Shown here: positions 52,106 to 64,000 of the stretch, in pieces
Layout: each line of letters starts with the position of its first letter
How positions within the stretch are numbered: the stretch's first letter is position 1
From: Octopus vulgaris
Taxonomy: Eukaryota
DNA: 64,000 nt
Direction: 5' to 3'
NCBI GenBank assembly: GCA_951406725.2
Contig: OX597832.1
Location: 5,642,001-5,706,000 of the forward strand
Program-made: the position numbers and the translations under genes
Notes under the pieces: generated by a model
Told to the model about the DNA's origin: nothing
Seen by the model: only the letters and a program-made list of their open reading frames with translations
Databases searched by the model: none

Positions 52106-53395
52106 TTGGGTTGGCAACTAAGTTTCCGCTGTTTTTTTAGATTTCAGAATTTATTGCGATTTTAAATTTTGGAATTTATTTCTTCAAGATTTCTATTTTT
52201 AAATCATTTTGGAATCTATTTTGTGTTTTTTCTAGTTAATGTCAGTTAATTTTTGTTTATTTTCAAATCATTAAAATTGAATGTCACGTTAAGAAAAATG
52301 AGCATTTTTAACACCTCCTTCTTTTTGTTTTTAATCAAGGTTCTAAGGCCACAAAAGCTGCTCGCAACATTTGTGCTGTATATGGAGAGGGTGCCATAGC
52401 TGAAAGAACCATTCATGATTGGTATGCCAAGTTCAAAAATGGAAATTTTGACCTCAAAGACACACCGCCTTCTGGCTGTCCAATTGAGTTCAATGAAGAG
52501 CAATTAAACCAACCTTTTCATGAAAATTCTCGTTAAATGACAAGGGAACTGGCAGAGAAAATGGAACGCTCCCACACAGCTATAGAGAAGCATCTTCACT
52601 CGATGGGAAAGGTTCAGAAGTATGGAGCATGAGTTCTGCATGCTTTAAGAGCCAACGACAAAAATCAATGAGCCACAATCTCCACTGGTTTGCTTGCTTG
52701 TCACCGCTCAACTCATGGACACAAGCAACAATTTCTTTACCGAATCATTACTGGTGACAAAAAACGGTCCCTGTACATTAATATGAAGCAGTGTAAGGAA
52801 TGGCTTAGCCCCAGTAAACAAGCGACACTGTGTGTGAAACAAGATTTTCCTCCGTGTAAAATGATGTTGTGCATATGGTGGGACTAGGAAGGGATTAACC
52901 ATTACGAATTGCTTGAATGAAACCAAACAGTCAATGCGGAACTCTATGTTCAGCAGATGGAATGACTCAACATGGCTATTCAAGAGAGAAGACCTAATCG
53001 TCAGCATGGAGTTATTCTGGTGCACGACAATGCCCGCCCTGATATCGCCAATACGACCAAGGAAGCCGTTCAAACGTATGGCTGGGAAGTGCTGCCACAC
53101 CCGCCGTACTCTCCTGATTTGGCACCAACAGATTTCCACCTCTTTCGATCTCTTTCAAATGCTTTGTGTGGAGTTTCATTCAATACTGATGCAGAATTGA
53201 GACCTTGGTTGGATCAATTTTTCGAGTCGAAATCGGGTGATTTCTACCAACGAGGTATTGAAAATCTTGTTAAACGTTGAGAAGTTGTAAACAACAAGGG
53301 TGAATAATTATTAATTAATTAGTTGTTATTTTTTATTAAACCTTTTAAAAAATTAGAATTTAAAAAAACCGCAGGAGCCTTAGTTGCCAACCCAA
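52106..53395 (+). mobile_element. Full-length (1290 bp) mariner DD34D transposon with a dead transposase, in CIMIP2C intron 3
   Basis: TIRs ttgggttggcaactaag / cttagttgccaacccaa with TA TSDs (52104-05, 53396-97). Transposase stays in one frame from 52276 to ~53280 (IITGD, HDNARP, HPPYSPDLAPTDFHLF) with several nonsense codons and ATG changed to ATT. Confidence 0.95.
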
Positions 53396-55074
53396 TACAT
53401 AACTGTGATACATAATTTAATTAAATTAATGTACGCTAAATTAATTCATAAAGTTTTTTACCACATCATGCGGAATGTTATATTATGTTAATCATAAATC
53501 TGTTACTGGCTAACATATATCAAAACAGGGAGAAAAATTACCTGTCTTTATTTGAAAGGAGAACCACACATATTTCATTCTCACTTTTGTGCTACCAGTT
53601 ATCATCCTCCTTATTCTCAATATCATCCCTTACCGCCTCATTTTTAGCTGCATGTTCCTTTCTCCTCGTACATTGCTCATCCCTGCCAATAACGGTTCTT
53701 TCACCTTTGTTCATCACTCATCACTTCTGCCCCTATGTACCTCTAACCTTGTCCCTGTCACTGTGCATAGCTCATGCACCCCTATCACACATTTTATATC
53801 ATCTCTGCTGTCACTTATCACCTCCCTGGCCTACTTCCATTTCTTCCTCCTTCCCTAACAAAACTGATATCTACCCTTGACCACATTTCCATCCATGTTT
53901 GCAATTCATGCATTCACTCTTATCTCTATTGCTATCCATCTGTTACTTTCCTTTCACAACTCAAAAACTTGCCTGCCCACTCACCATATCTGATCTGCTG
54001 TTCCACGGCTCACTTAAACTTACCTCTTTGTACCTAGAAGATATGCCCTGATACCTCATCTTTTCTCCTTCATTCTTTCCAGCTATGATACCCATGTATC
54101 TCCTCCACTGTATGACAACTGTTCCTGTCCCTCAATTGTAGTCTCTTATGACCTGGCGTTAAGCTACCCACTCTCAATACTACATTCCCACTCAGTCAAG
54201 GGGTCTTGATTTGCAAGCTAGCTGATGACATCACTAGTGCCAGTGTCACAAAAAAGCACCAAGAGCACACTGTAAAGTGCTTGGTGTTAGGAAACAACCA
54301 GAGAAACCCTGCCAAAGCAGACACAGGAGCTTGATACAATTCTCAGTTTCACTAGATCCTCAATGCATTGATGTTAAACAATCACAATGAATGTATATGT
54401 GCACATATGTATTTGAGTTTCTGTGAGTTGTTGCAACATATTCACGGCAGGAGGTGCAGATGAGGGCAGCTGCATCAAACTCTCTCATGCACCAAATGTC
54501 AATTGCTAAAAAGCATTCGTGAAGTAAAATCATGTAGCAACACCGAATGGCGGTGCCCCAGCATGGCCACAGCTCGTGAGCTGAAACTAGATAAAATGAA
54601 AAAATGAAAATGAATATTAATTATAAAATAAAACTTAACCATAAATGCTACTCAGCACAACAACTACCCTCAACTATTTTTTACAAAATAATAATAAAAG
54701 CAAAAAAAAAAAATATGGAATTAACCCTGAAAGTCAAAAATGATTTGAAATTTAATAAACTAGAACAACCTACAGCAAGTCAAAACTGAATGTTGCTTGT
54801 TAGAAAATGTAGTTATTGAGAATCAACCAAAAATTAAAGAGAGCCTCAAAGCAACCATTTCATCTAATATTCAAAGATATATAAAGAAATTGCAAAAACT
54901 AAGAAACATTTATGGTAATATGGGCATTTGAAAATTATACTTCCTAATAAAAGTATATGGAACAAAAAAGAAAATCTTAAATAGATATTAGGTGTGTTTA
55001 ACTATATATTTGATAGATAGTTGTTACCAGTATACATGGTATGTCTTTTGTATAGAGAGAAAATCCCTTTGTTG

Positions 55075-55304
55075 TTAACCCTTTCGTTACCGTATTTATT
55101 TTGAGATTCTCTGTGTTTCTTTCAATTAATTTTCAATATAGCAAAGAATTTAGTAAAATAACTTAGTTATCATTAAGCTAGTGTTAGGAACATAAATTGT
55201 GACTAAGATTTGGTGGAAGATTTTAATTCAAAACTTATGAAAACATGACATTTGTACTACACTGCCAGAGATGGTTTCAGCCGGGTTGGTAACGAAAGGG
55301 TTAA
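55075..55304. mobile_element. Young piggyBac-type MITE, family B
   Basis: Perfect 13-bp TIR CCCTTTCGTTACC / GGTAACGAAAGGG with TTAA on both sides; 222-bp body. Confidence 0.92.
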
Positions 55305-56924
55305 TAATCTCCTGATCTTTTACTCATTTTTTATTGTAACAACTGCACTAACCCTGCATGCCAGACAAAATGTTTAGTGGCATCATCATCATCATCATCA
55401 TTTAGCATCCGCTTTCCATGCTAGCATGGGTTGGACGGTTCAACTGGGGTCTGGGAGGTCAGAAGGCTGCACCAGACTCCCAATCTGATTTGGCAATGTT
55501 TCTACGGCTGGATGCCCTTCCTAACGCCAACCACTCCATGAGTGTAGTGGGTGCTTTTTACGTGCCAGATGGGGCTGGCAAACGGCCATACTTTAAACAT
55601 ACATGTATACTTGTAACATGTGTACATCCACATGATCGCAAAATCATGGTTTCAATTCATGGACCAGGCAGTGTGTTATGTTCTTGAGCAAAAGATTTCA
55701 TCTCGTCGTTCTACAATCACTTCGATATCGGATATGTGGCCGCTCATGCGTCTGTACAAGCAATGTCAGTAAGGAGAGATAGAGATAGCTCATGTACTGC
55801 ACAAACATTTGATTGAGGTAAACAAATAATCTGAGCAGATTGTGCAGCAAGAGATTGCAGAACCATCTTTCTCAGACTCAGGAAAGTACTGAGAGCAATA
55901 TCTTCATGTACAGACATACTTGCATATCACATAGTGACAATGAATTGATGGACTTCTAGATTCCCCATGTCTGAATTCCCCCATTATGATCTACTTAAAA
56001 CAGCAAATTATTGGCAACACAGAAATGAGAAAAAAAAGCACACAAGCTATGACCTATAAAAATTAGCATAATTAATTAGACAAAATGCTTATAGCTATTA
56101 TTCATTAGGTTAACTTCTGTTAATTGATCTTGCTCACATATCCCATGTAAAGCTTTTGGGTTTATATTACTCTGCCTGATATCCTACTGTGGATTTCATT
56201 TATTCATTGATTTCTTCTGGGTACATGTAAAAGCACCCATGTGATTCCACATAAAGGCGCCCATGTGGTGCCATGTAAAAGCACCTGTGTAGTATCACAT
56301 AGCAGTGCCCCTGGAGTGCCACATAAAAGCTCCCAGCACGCTCTGTAAGTAGTTGACATTAGCAAGGGCATTGAACCGTAGAAACCATGTCAAATCAGAC
56401 TGGAGTCTGGTGCAGCTCCCCAGCTTGCCAGCTCTGGTCAAACCATCCAACCAATGTCAGCGTGGACAATGGATATGAAATGATGATGATGACAATGATG
56501 ATGATGATGATGATGCTGATAATGAAACTGAGTATGGCCTATTCTGTCTGGTACTGAGATTTTGAGATCCCTCTTACTACCAATATCTTGGTCTTTACCT
56601 TGTTAACATACATACACTCACACGTGTACATGCATATGCACACATTATACACAGACATTTCTTTGTAACAAAGATATGTGACTTAATTTAGATCAAGCTG
56701 TTACCACTTTATTCCAGCAAATTTCAGGTTTGTCCACAAAATGGCTACTTGTAGTAAATAATTTAATAATAGACAAGTACTTGAGAGTGAATGTCCATTT
56801 TGCCTGTAACTGGTTGTAACTCAACTCAATACTTTAAAACAATCGTGTACCTTACATCGTCAGCAATTCGTTCATTTTAAAACTTTAAATAGAGGAAAAG
56901 TTGTGTAAACATACTATAATAATA

Positions 56925-57288
56925 ATAATAATAATGAAATTATTGTATACAGTGCTCAGGTGCACCACAACTTGTCAGAAAGTGCGTATAAAGTATATGC
57001 AGTAATGTACAAATGTCTGGAAAGCGAACTATGTATGAGTCAGATACATGCTTGTGTGTGTGTATGGAGGGGAGAAAATCAGGTGTAGTGTTGGCGAATC
57101 TCAGGAAGCATGGAAGTTTTGAAGGATGCAGTGCTCCGACAACTAACAACTGGTGCCGACAGTTTGTTCCATGCTTCAGCAACTCTCAGCGTAAAAAAAT
57201 GTTTCCTAAAGTCATGGGAGCTGTGCTGTTTTCTGACTTTGTAAATATGTCCACGGGTGTTAGACGGGTGGAGTTTGGATTTATCTAA
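56925..57288 (-). mobile_element. CR1-clade LINE 3' end
   Basis: NTRGHIYKVRKQHSSHDFRKHFFTLRVAEAWNKL...VV.......FK is a CR1 C-terminus. 3' UTR ends in (ATT)n. Confidence 0.88.
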
Positions 57289-57289
57289 G

Positions 57290-57760
57290 TGATTACATTT
57301 GTTGTTAATGCAGGTGTTTTTGTGGTTGGTTGGATATTTAAGTGTATTAGAAACATTTGGTGGTGGTAGTTTGTTAATACAACCAAAATTATTGGTAATC
57401 AATGAGTGTATTGTGCCAGTTTTAGGTGCAAATGGAAAGTTGACCTGGAAAATAGTTGTATAATCACCCTGACATAGGATAAGATAACCTTGTCTTGATA
57501 GATAGATCTAGTAAAAATCTCAGGTCTGTAATTTAAATTGTTGTGGCTCTTCAGCTTTAGCAGAATGTGTATTTTTTCTGTTATACAAAGGTTGCTTTGC
57601 TCCTTCATGTAAAGCTTTGAGCTCTAGAACATACTTCACTTGATGTTGTAAGCTATGCCATTGTATCTCAGTTTCCAGATGTGGTTTGTTAATTTCGTGG
57701 AAATTTTTTTTGTATGTATATAAAATCTTTTCTTGAAGTCACCTTTGCATATACCAATGT
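57290..57760 (-). mobile_element. Penelope-like element (Neptune-type) GIY-YIG endonuclease remnant
   Basis: Minus strand YIGICKGDFKKRFYIH..STKLTNHIWKLRYNGIAYNIK*S..NLCITEKIHIL...LNYRPEIFTRS. A probable terminal repeat continues at ~56690-56920 beyond the CR1 insertion. Confidence 0.75.
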
Positions 57761-58164
57761 ACTTTTTCTTATTGACTATTTATTTGGTGTGCTTGAAGTG
57801 GCTCTAGTTTCATGCTAAGAGAAAACGAAATAGTAGCATGTTAGACATTAGCCCTGGAACAAAGGAGGTATCACAGAGAGTGAGACGACAAGTAACAGAT
57901 TCAAGATCAAAGCTACAAAAGACAGCTGAGGCAGTAAAAATAGAATCATGGAAAGACAGAAAGGCATTGTGGGAAAGCTTAGAATTAAAATGAAAAGGAG
58001 AGGAGGGAGAGAAAAGGAGAAATGGAAAAAATTATGAGTAAAGAGGAGTGGTGGGGGGAAATCAGTGAAGCCAGTTTCTTAGTTTTATCTTATACTAACA
58101 AGAATTATCAAGCATATCTGGACAAACTACTATCATATTGCTTACAATTCCTTTTTATTTTCAG

Positions 58165-58273
58165 ATACCAACACCCAGTGTACATAAATGCATATGGAAA
58201 ACCAGATGCATTGCCTGAGTTACAAAACAAACCACCGAATCTAAAAATCAGAAAAAGCTGTTATGATGAATAA
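58165..58273 (+). CDS. CIMIP2C: CIMIP2C-like terminal coding exon 4 (LYQHPVYINAYGKPDALPELQNKPPNLKIRKSCYDE*)
   Basis: Strong acceptor ttcctttttattttcag|, phase-compatible with exon 3 (CT+A=Leu), stop TAA ending 58273. C-terminal KIRKSCYDE loosely resembles the recalled human KKRDCYFE. Total CDS 567 nt = 188 aa. Confidence 0.72.
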
Positions 58274-58572
58274 GGTTCCTAGGTTTCAGTAACAATGTCA
58301 CTATGTATAAAACTTACAACTACTGATATAGATGTGATGTGAAAAAGATGAAACTCCACAGGATCGTTCAGTGTCGAGAAGTTATGACGTCAGCGTTTGT
58401 TTTGATTCATCAGATGTTAGCAGCCAACACATCACAGGACAATGAGCAGACAGTTCAGAAACTGGAAGATTGGTCAATTAAAGTAATGGCTCCAGAAAGT
58501 GATTAACATAAAAAAAAAGACCATGTGATTAACATAAAAAAAAAAGAGAATTGACTTTTATTGCACAGGTGA

Positions 58573-58578
58573 AATAAA
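58573..58578 (+). terminator. Candidate polyadenylation signal for CIMIP2C
   Basis: AATAAA about 300 nt downstream of the stop codon. Confidence 0.45.
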
Positions 58579-59424
58579 GAGTTAAAACAAAATTGTTGAA
58601 AAAGTATTAATTTTGAAAAAATGTACTCGGCAGGGGTTGGGGGAGTGGCCACTCCCCTTGTTTCTCTATTAGTCATGTCACTGCCACATCATCTTCCTCA
58701 AACTGGGAAAGGCTGAAAGGCTGGGATCACCTAAATAATATAAATATTTAAGCTAGCAACAAGGCCATATATTTTGGGGAGTGGTATGTGGTCAATTTAC
58801 TGACAGATGAAGAATCTGATACAGAATCTACCAAGTTAAATATTGATTTCTCTCTGAAACTATAGAACAATTTGAGATTATAACCTCAAATTAATCCTTT
58901 AAATATCTATTCCTTTAAAATTACCCAGGACAAATTCTTTGACCACAAGAGTGAAAAATACTTCTAGCTGAATACTATTCACTAAACTTGACATACGTTA
59001 GTATTGTTATTTATCTTCAAAAAACCTTTATGGCACAGTCATAGATGTGTGGTAAGAAACTTGCTTTCCAACCACATGATTCTGGGTTCAGTCCCACTGT
59101 GTGGCATCTTGGGCAAGTGTCTTCTACTATAGCCTCAGTGCAACCAAAGCCTTGTGAGTGGATTTGGCAAATGGAAACTGAAAGAAACCTGTTGTATATA
59201 TATATATGTATGTATATATATGTGTTTGTCCCACCACCACTGCTTGACAACTGGTACTGGTGTTTACATTTCCATAACAGAGTGGTTCAGTAAAAGAGAC
59301 CAATAGAACAACTACTAAGGCTTAAAAAATAAGTCCTGGAGTCGATTATTCAACTAAAACCCTTCAAGACGGTGTTCCAGCATGGCCACAGTCAAATGAC
59401 TGAAACAAGTAAAAGAATAACCTA

Positions 59425-59612
59425 TACGAGGGGTGCTGAAAAGTTCCTGGCTTTGAGTAAAAGAAAATATAGGATTATGATTTTGTTCAACATATTCTCT
59501 TCTCAGATTCACACACTTATTGCAGTGGTCCTTCAGTTTTTCTTAGTCCTATAAAAGAACCAGGCCTTTTGTGATACCCTTAAAGCCAGAAACTTTTCAG
59601 CACCCCCTTATA
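59425..59612. mobile_element. Tc1/mariner-derived MITE
   Basis: ~28-bp TIRs gaggggtgctgaaaagttcctggcttt / aaagccagaaacttttcagcaccccct with TA flanks. Confidence 0.85.
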
Positions 59613-62211
59613 TATGAAATACAGACTTCCAATATTAACCCTTTAGCATTCAGATTGTTTAATCAGATTGTTTTGGATTAATCATGCATTATCTTGTAGC
59701 TTTGAGATTTTGATGATGTGACTGTTTATTTTTAGAATGACATTGTAGGGTAGGTACGAAAACCTTGATCAGTCCAGTTTGAACAATAACACAGGTAGCA
59801 TATTTGGGCTGGATATGACTGGTTTAAATGTTAAATACAAATGCCCTTTATAGGATACACATATTAGCTTTTTATTTTATCTTAAGGTTTAATTTATTAA
59901 GGAAATAACAGTAATTGCCTATGACATGCACAAGGGTATTGACGAGAGGTAAAGTGAATTTGCAACACATTTTTAATGTACTTTCCATTGAAATGATACA
60001 ATGGCGGTTAACTTTGTTTTTCATCCTTCTGGAGTTGATAAAATAAGTGCCAGTTGAACATTGGGGTTGACATAACTGACTGGCTTCCTCCCCTGAAATT
60101 ACTGGACTTGTGCCAAAATTTGTAATCAGTATTGAATATCATCTCAAAAAAAGTTAGTTGCTTTTGAAAAGAATCACTGGGATGACTGTTCAAAGATCAA
60201 TAACACTGTCTGACACAATTTTTGTCCTTGGGTAGCAGCTGTTATTTTCTTTTTGCTTGCCCCTAGAAAGTATGAAAAATGGCTAATATTTCCTTCAATC
60301 TTTGCTTTTCTTACATTTATTCAAACCCAAAAGAAACCCTCGCAACACATGGTTATAATATTCCTCCACTACTCCTGCTCATGATCAGAGATGCACATAT
60401 CATCAGCCACTAAGGGACATGCTCAAGTGGTTAAGGTCAAGCAACTGACAAGTAAATTTGTTGTATTGAGCAGAATATTTGCTATATTGATATTTCTGCT
60501 TCAGCAGCTCAGTGCTGAATCTGTCTGAAATGTAATGGAAAATAGGTGAGTTTCAAAATGGTCACAAAAGCAAAGTTTGAAGGGAATAATAATAATTTCC
60601 TTTGATTTCTAGATAGAGGCAATAGTTACTGATCTTCTCCCCAACTCCAAAAAAAAAAAAAATGGTGGGGACACAGTGTAATTTGTATGATGTTTAGATA
60701 TGAGACATTATAAGTATTAATTTATGATGTCTAATATTTATATTAAGTCTTGAATGAAATGAAACAGAGAGTGGGTAGTATGTTACTCTTCATACACAAT
60801 AATGAAGGTTATTTTTATTAGAGACATGGGATGGAAAATGGGATTTTGTGACATTCATATCGTTCTCAAGAACATTAATGATGAGAATGAAATAAAACTA
60901 GTTCAAGACATGCTCCCAAAGAAATTAAAATAAAATAGAAAATTACTAATTGTAAATCTCTCAATGAGAGACAATCAGTAACAGTACTCTAGAATAAAGA
61001 TTATTTGCCAACATAATGTGGCAGTCCTGGTTAGGACAAATGCTACTGCTATTTAACCCCACGAAACATTGTCTTCAGCTGGTTATATGACACACTATCT
61101 GTGTCCTTATATTTTCGAACAAGGGAGTTTAGCATCCCCACTTAGCACAAACCAATATCTGTGTATCGTGATTTCTGGGTTATTTCCCTTTATCAGCACA
61201 ATACCTGTCCAGCTAGATTCTTGTTTGAAATATATAGTTTTTAAAGTGGCACATTCAAAATAGTTTTACAGAAAACAACAATACAATAGAACTGATTGGA
61301 AGCATTTATCAGATACTTTATTATTTATAAAACAAATCATTTGAGTCTTTGTATAAAAATAAGAAACAAAAAAAAAAAATCTTCAGCATTTTCATATCAA
61401 AATAACAACTGAAATCACACATCTATAATTTAAAAAAGAAAAAATCAGATTGATATTAAATGTTCAACAAGAAACTCAAGTGAAAAAAAGTATAAATATG
61501 TTTTGTTAGTTTTAATTCTTACCAGAAATGTTACAATGTACTTGAATTTTATAGATTTAAAATATACTATCTTTAATGATACTTAAAAAATATTTGGTTT
61601 TGTATGTAAAAAAAAATATTTTTATGGAACAATGATTTAATATGTTAACCCCCAAGGCCTGTTACTGAAACTAACCAGTGGCACCACATATTTCCAATCA
61701 CAATGCATACTGTTTAATTACAAGAAAATGTAATTGTTTTTGACTTTAAAAATCTTTTCATTATTAAACTTTAATATTTAGCTCTCATGTTATTTAAAAA
61801 TCCTTGAAACCATGTCCAAAGATACAGAATGAAATACTTTCTCAAATTATGAAAATGTATCATATGGTGGGTGTGTTGGTTGAAAATGTATCATAATGGT
61901 GGATATGTTGGTTGTGAGAAGTCTGTCATGATCCACTGGTGGTACATGTGGCAGTTAAAGGTGTTAATACTTTTCACATTAATTTATTTGTCTAAATTTT
62001 TGAAATTGCAACAATTTCAAAAAACAGCAAAGATAAATTATGGTACATGTCTATCTTAGCTTATTAAGTGGATTGAACAAGCCAGTTTTATCTAGACTGA
62101 AAACTACATGCTCTTCATCAATACTTCTGATGTTTTACATGTGAGTAGACATGCTTTAGGAAGTATGAAGAACAGTGAAACATTAGGTTTCAATGATGCT
62201 TTGGGAGTAAT

Positions 62212-62590
62212 CGTGGCACTCCATATGACAACAAGGGTTCCAGTTGATCCAATCAATGGAACAGCATGCTCATGAAATTAATGTGCAAGTGGCTGAGCAC
62301 TCCACAGACACGTGTACCCTTAACATAGTTCTCAGGGAGATTCAGCATGACATAGAGTGTGACAAGGCCAGCCTTTTGAAATAAAGGTACAACAGAAAAA
62401 GAAAGAAAGAGTGTGAGAAAGTTGTGGTGAAAGAATACAGCAGGGTTCTCCACCACCCTCTACCAGAGCCTCATGGAGCTTTAGGTATTTTCACTTAGTA
62501 AACACTCACAAAACCAGTCTGGGAATCAAAATCACAATTCTATGACCACGAGTCCACTGCCCTAACCACTGGGTCATTGCGTCTCCATGG
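62212..62590 (-). mobile_element. Older copy of the 6584-6961 tRNA SINE
   Basis: Colinear with 6584-6961. 10-bp TSD TGGGAGTAAT at 62202-62211 and 62591-62600. Most CpGs mutated. Confidence 0.9.
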
Positions 62591-64000
62591 TGGGAGTAAT
62601 ACTTCAAGCTCAAAAAGTGAGTAATGTTACATGAATGTGTAAGCCTTAAAAATCCAACAAAATTGTCAGATTTTAAATTTTGAAATGTAATATACAGCAC
62701 ATTAAGAGGAAAATAAATGTACTTCCATCATCAATGATCTTATGGAGAACAGATCTTCAAAAACTGTAGAAAAACTTCTTTAAAATGTTTCACAAATTTG
62801 TTGAACTTTTGGTGGTTTTCACAAAGTATTTTCGAATATTTTGGTTTCATACGATATAAAAAATTTATTTAAAAAAGTTTTCCTGCTACTAATTTGTAAA
62901 TCTGTTTTGAGACATGTATTTTAATTAAATACTCTTCCACATACTACTTAGTTTATTGTGAGGAATGAATGTTAAATGAGGACATTGAATAGTCACACTA
63001 ACATATTTGAGGTTCACAACAATACCAGTTAAGAATCCTTGCAATTTTCTTTTCTCTTTGTACAAATTATTGACCAAGTAAAGAAATATACAATATAAGT
63101 CAAAAAGAAAAGAGAGAGAGAGAGAAAGAAAAAGGAAGAAAAATAAATTAAGTCATAACCAAAAGTAGAGAAAAAAAATTTAAATGCACTATTTGTAAAA
63201 GGTTCCATGAACAAACTGACCTCATTGGACAAATCACAAAACAACAGACTCTGAAACAACTGTGGTTTCATGTGAAGGCCAAAGATCAAGAACATAAACA
63301 ATATGGGGTGAAATATCAAGCATGAAGATAATACTGATTTCATTATTTTTCAACAAACAAAATAAAACAAAAGCCTTTACATAAATTAAAATAATAACTG
63401 ATTGGTAAAATGTAAGGTTATATATATATATATCAAAGTGTGTATGAGTGTGTGTATGCATATGGATATGTAAATTTTTTCCTTCTACCAATATCTGTTT
63501 TATATTTAAATATAGAAAAATAATTCAGTTAAAGAAAACAAAAAGCATATGGGCTATCTGTTTTAGGTTAGACTATGGAGAATAGCAGGTTTGCCTTATT
63601 AGTCAATTTTCAATTTTCAATCAACAGTATATATATTTTAGCTATTATTAAAAAACTATTGGTATTATTTAAGTGAAAAATATTCATGTGTTCCAGTCAA
63701 AGAAGAACTTCATTGACAAATGAAGAAAATCACAAATGGATACAGAATGATCTGGAAAATAAAAAGTAAGAAAAAATGAATTAATTTTCAATCATAAAAA
63801 CAAAAATCATACATAAAAGATAGCTAAATTGAAAAATAGAGAAAATTTTCTTTCTTCACATTGTATTTTTAGAAACAAAAGCATTATAGGATACAGGTTT
63901 CTTACAGGACAATCAGTGGTTGATTATATTTATAATAGCAAGAATGATAATTTCAACAGATTTTCATTTCAAACACCTGGTTTATCATATTCCTTGCTAT

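Noticed and set aside
58022-58164. N-terminal part of the 83-aa ORF 58022-58273
   Set aside because: Intronic read-through upstream of the acceptor at 58164. Only 58165-58273 is called coding.
58499-58547. Short direct duplications (also 29455-29488 and 9102-9119)
   Set aside because: Ordinary slippage duplications with no evidence of function.
60978-61130. Possible MITE
   Set aside because: Inverted ends too weak and no second copy in the window to support a call.

Overview
AT-rich, repeat-dense eukaryotic DNA. The SINE, RTE and microsatellite families look like an octopus (coleoid cephalopod) genome; this species call is an inference. One protein-coding gene can be reconstructed by hand and is essentially missed by the ORF track: a four-exon, 188-aa orthologue of the ciliary microtubule inner protein CIMIP2C (FAM166C/C2orf70) on the + strand, CDS exons 39799-39869, 46526-46799, 51678-51790 and 58165-58273. 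It lies downstream of a CpG-retaining promoter (~38.0-40.2 kb) carrying an RFX X-box and a forkhead motif. That promoter is probably bidirectional, with a candidate first exon of an unidentified minus-strand transcript whose intron(s) would cover the left ~39 kb. Everything else recognisable is transposon debris: RTE/RTEX, R4/Dong, CR1 and Penelope-like retroelements, three tRNA-derived SINE families, mariner and Tc1-like DNA transposons, piggyBac- and hAT-type MITEs, and microsatellites. The most unusual structures are (1) a gag-like zinc-knuckle ORF remnant with no RT after it, followed by an array of seven short stem-loops, (2) two apparent locally templated insertions, (3) degenerate hammerhead-ribozyme cores in Penelope-like repeats, and (4) retroelement pile-ups in (AAT)n tracts. 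No CRISPR array, rRNA or genuine tRNA gene was seen. Boundaries of degraded repeats are approximate, and family names come from motif recognition, not database searches.
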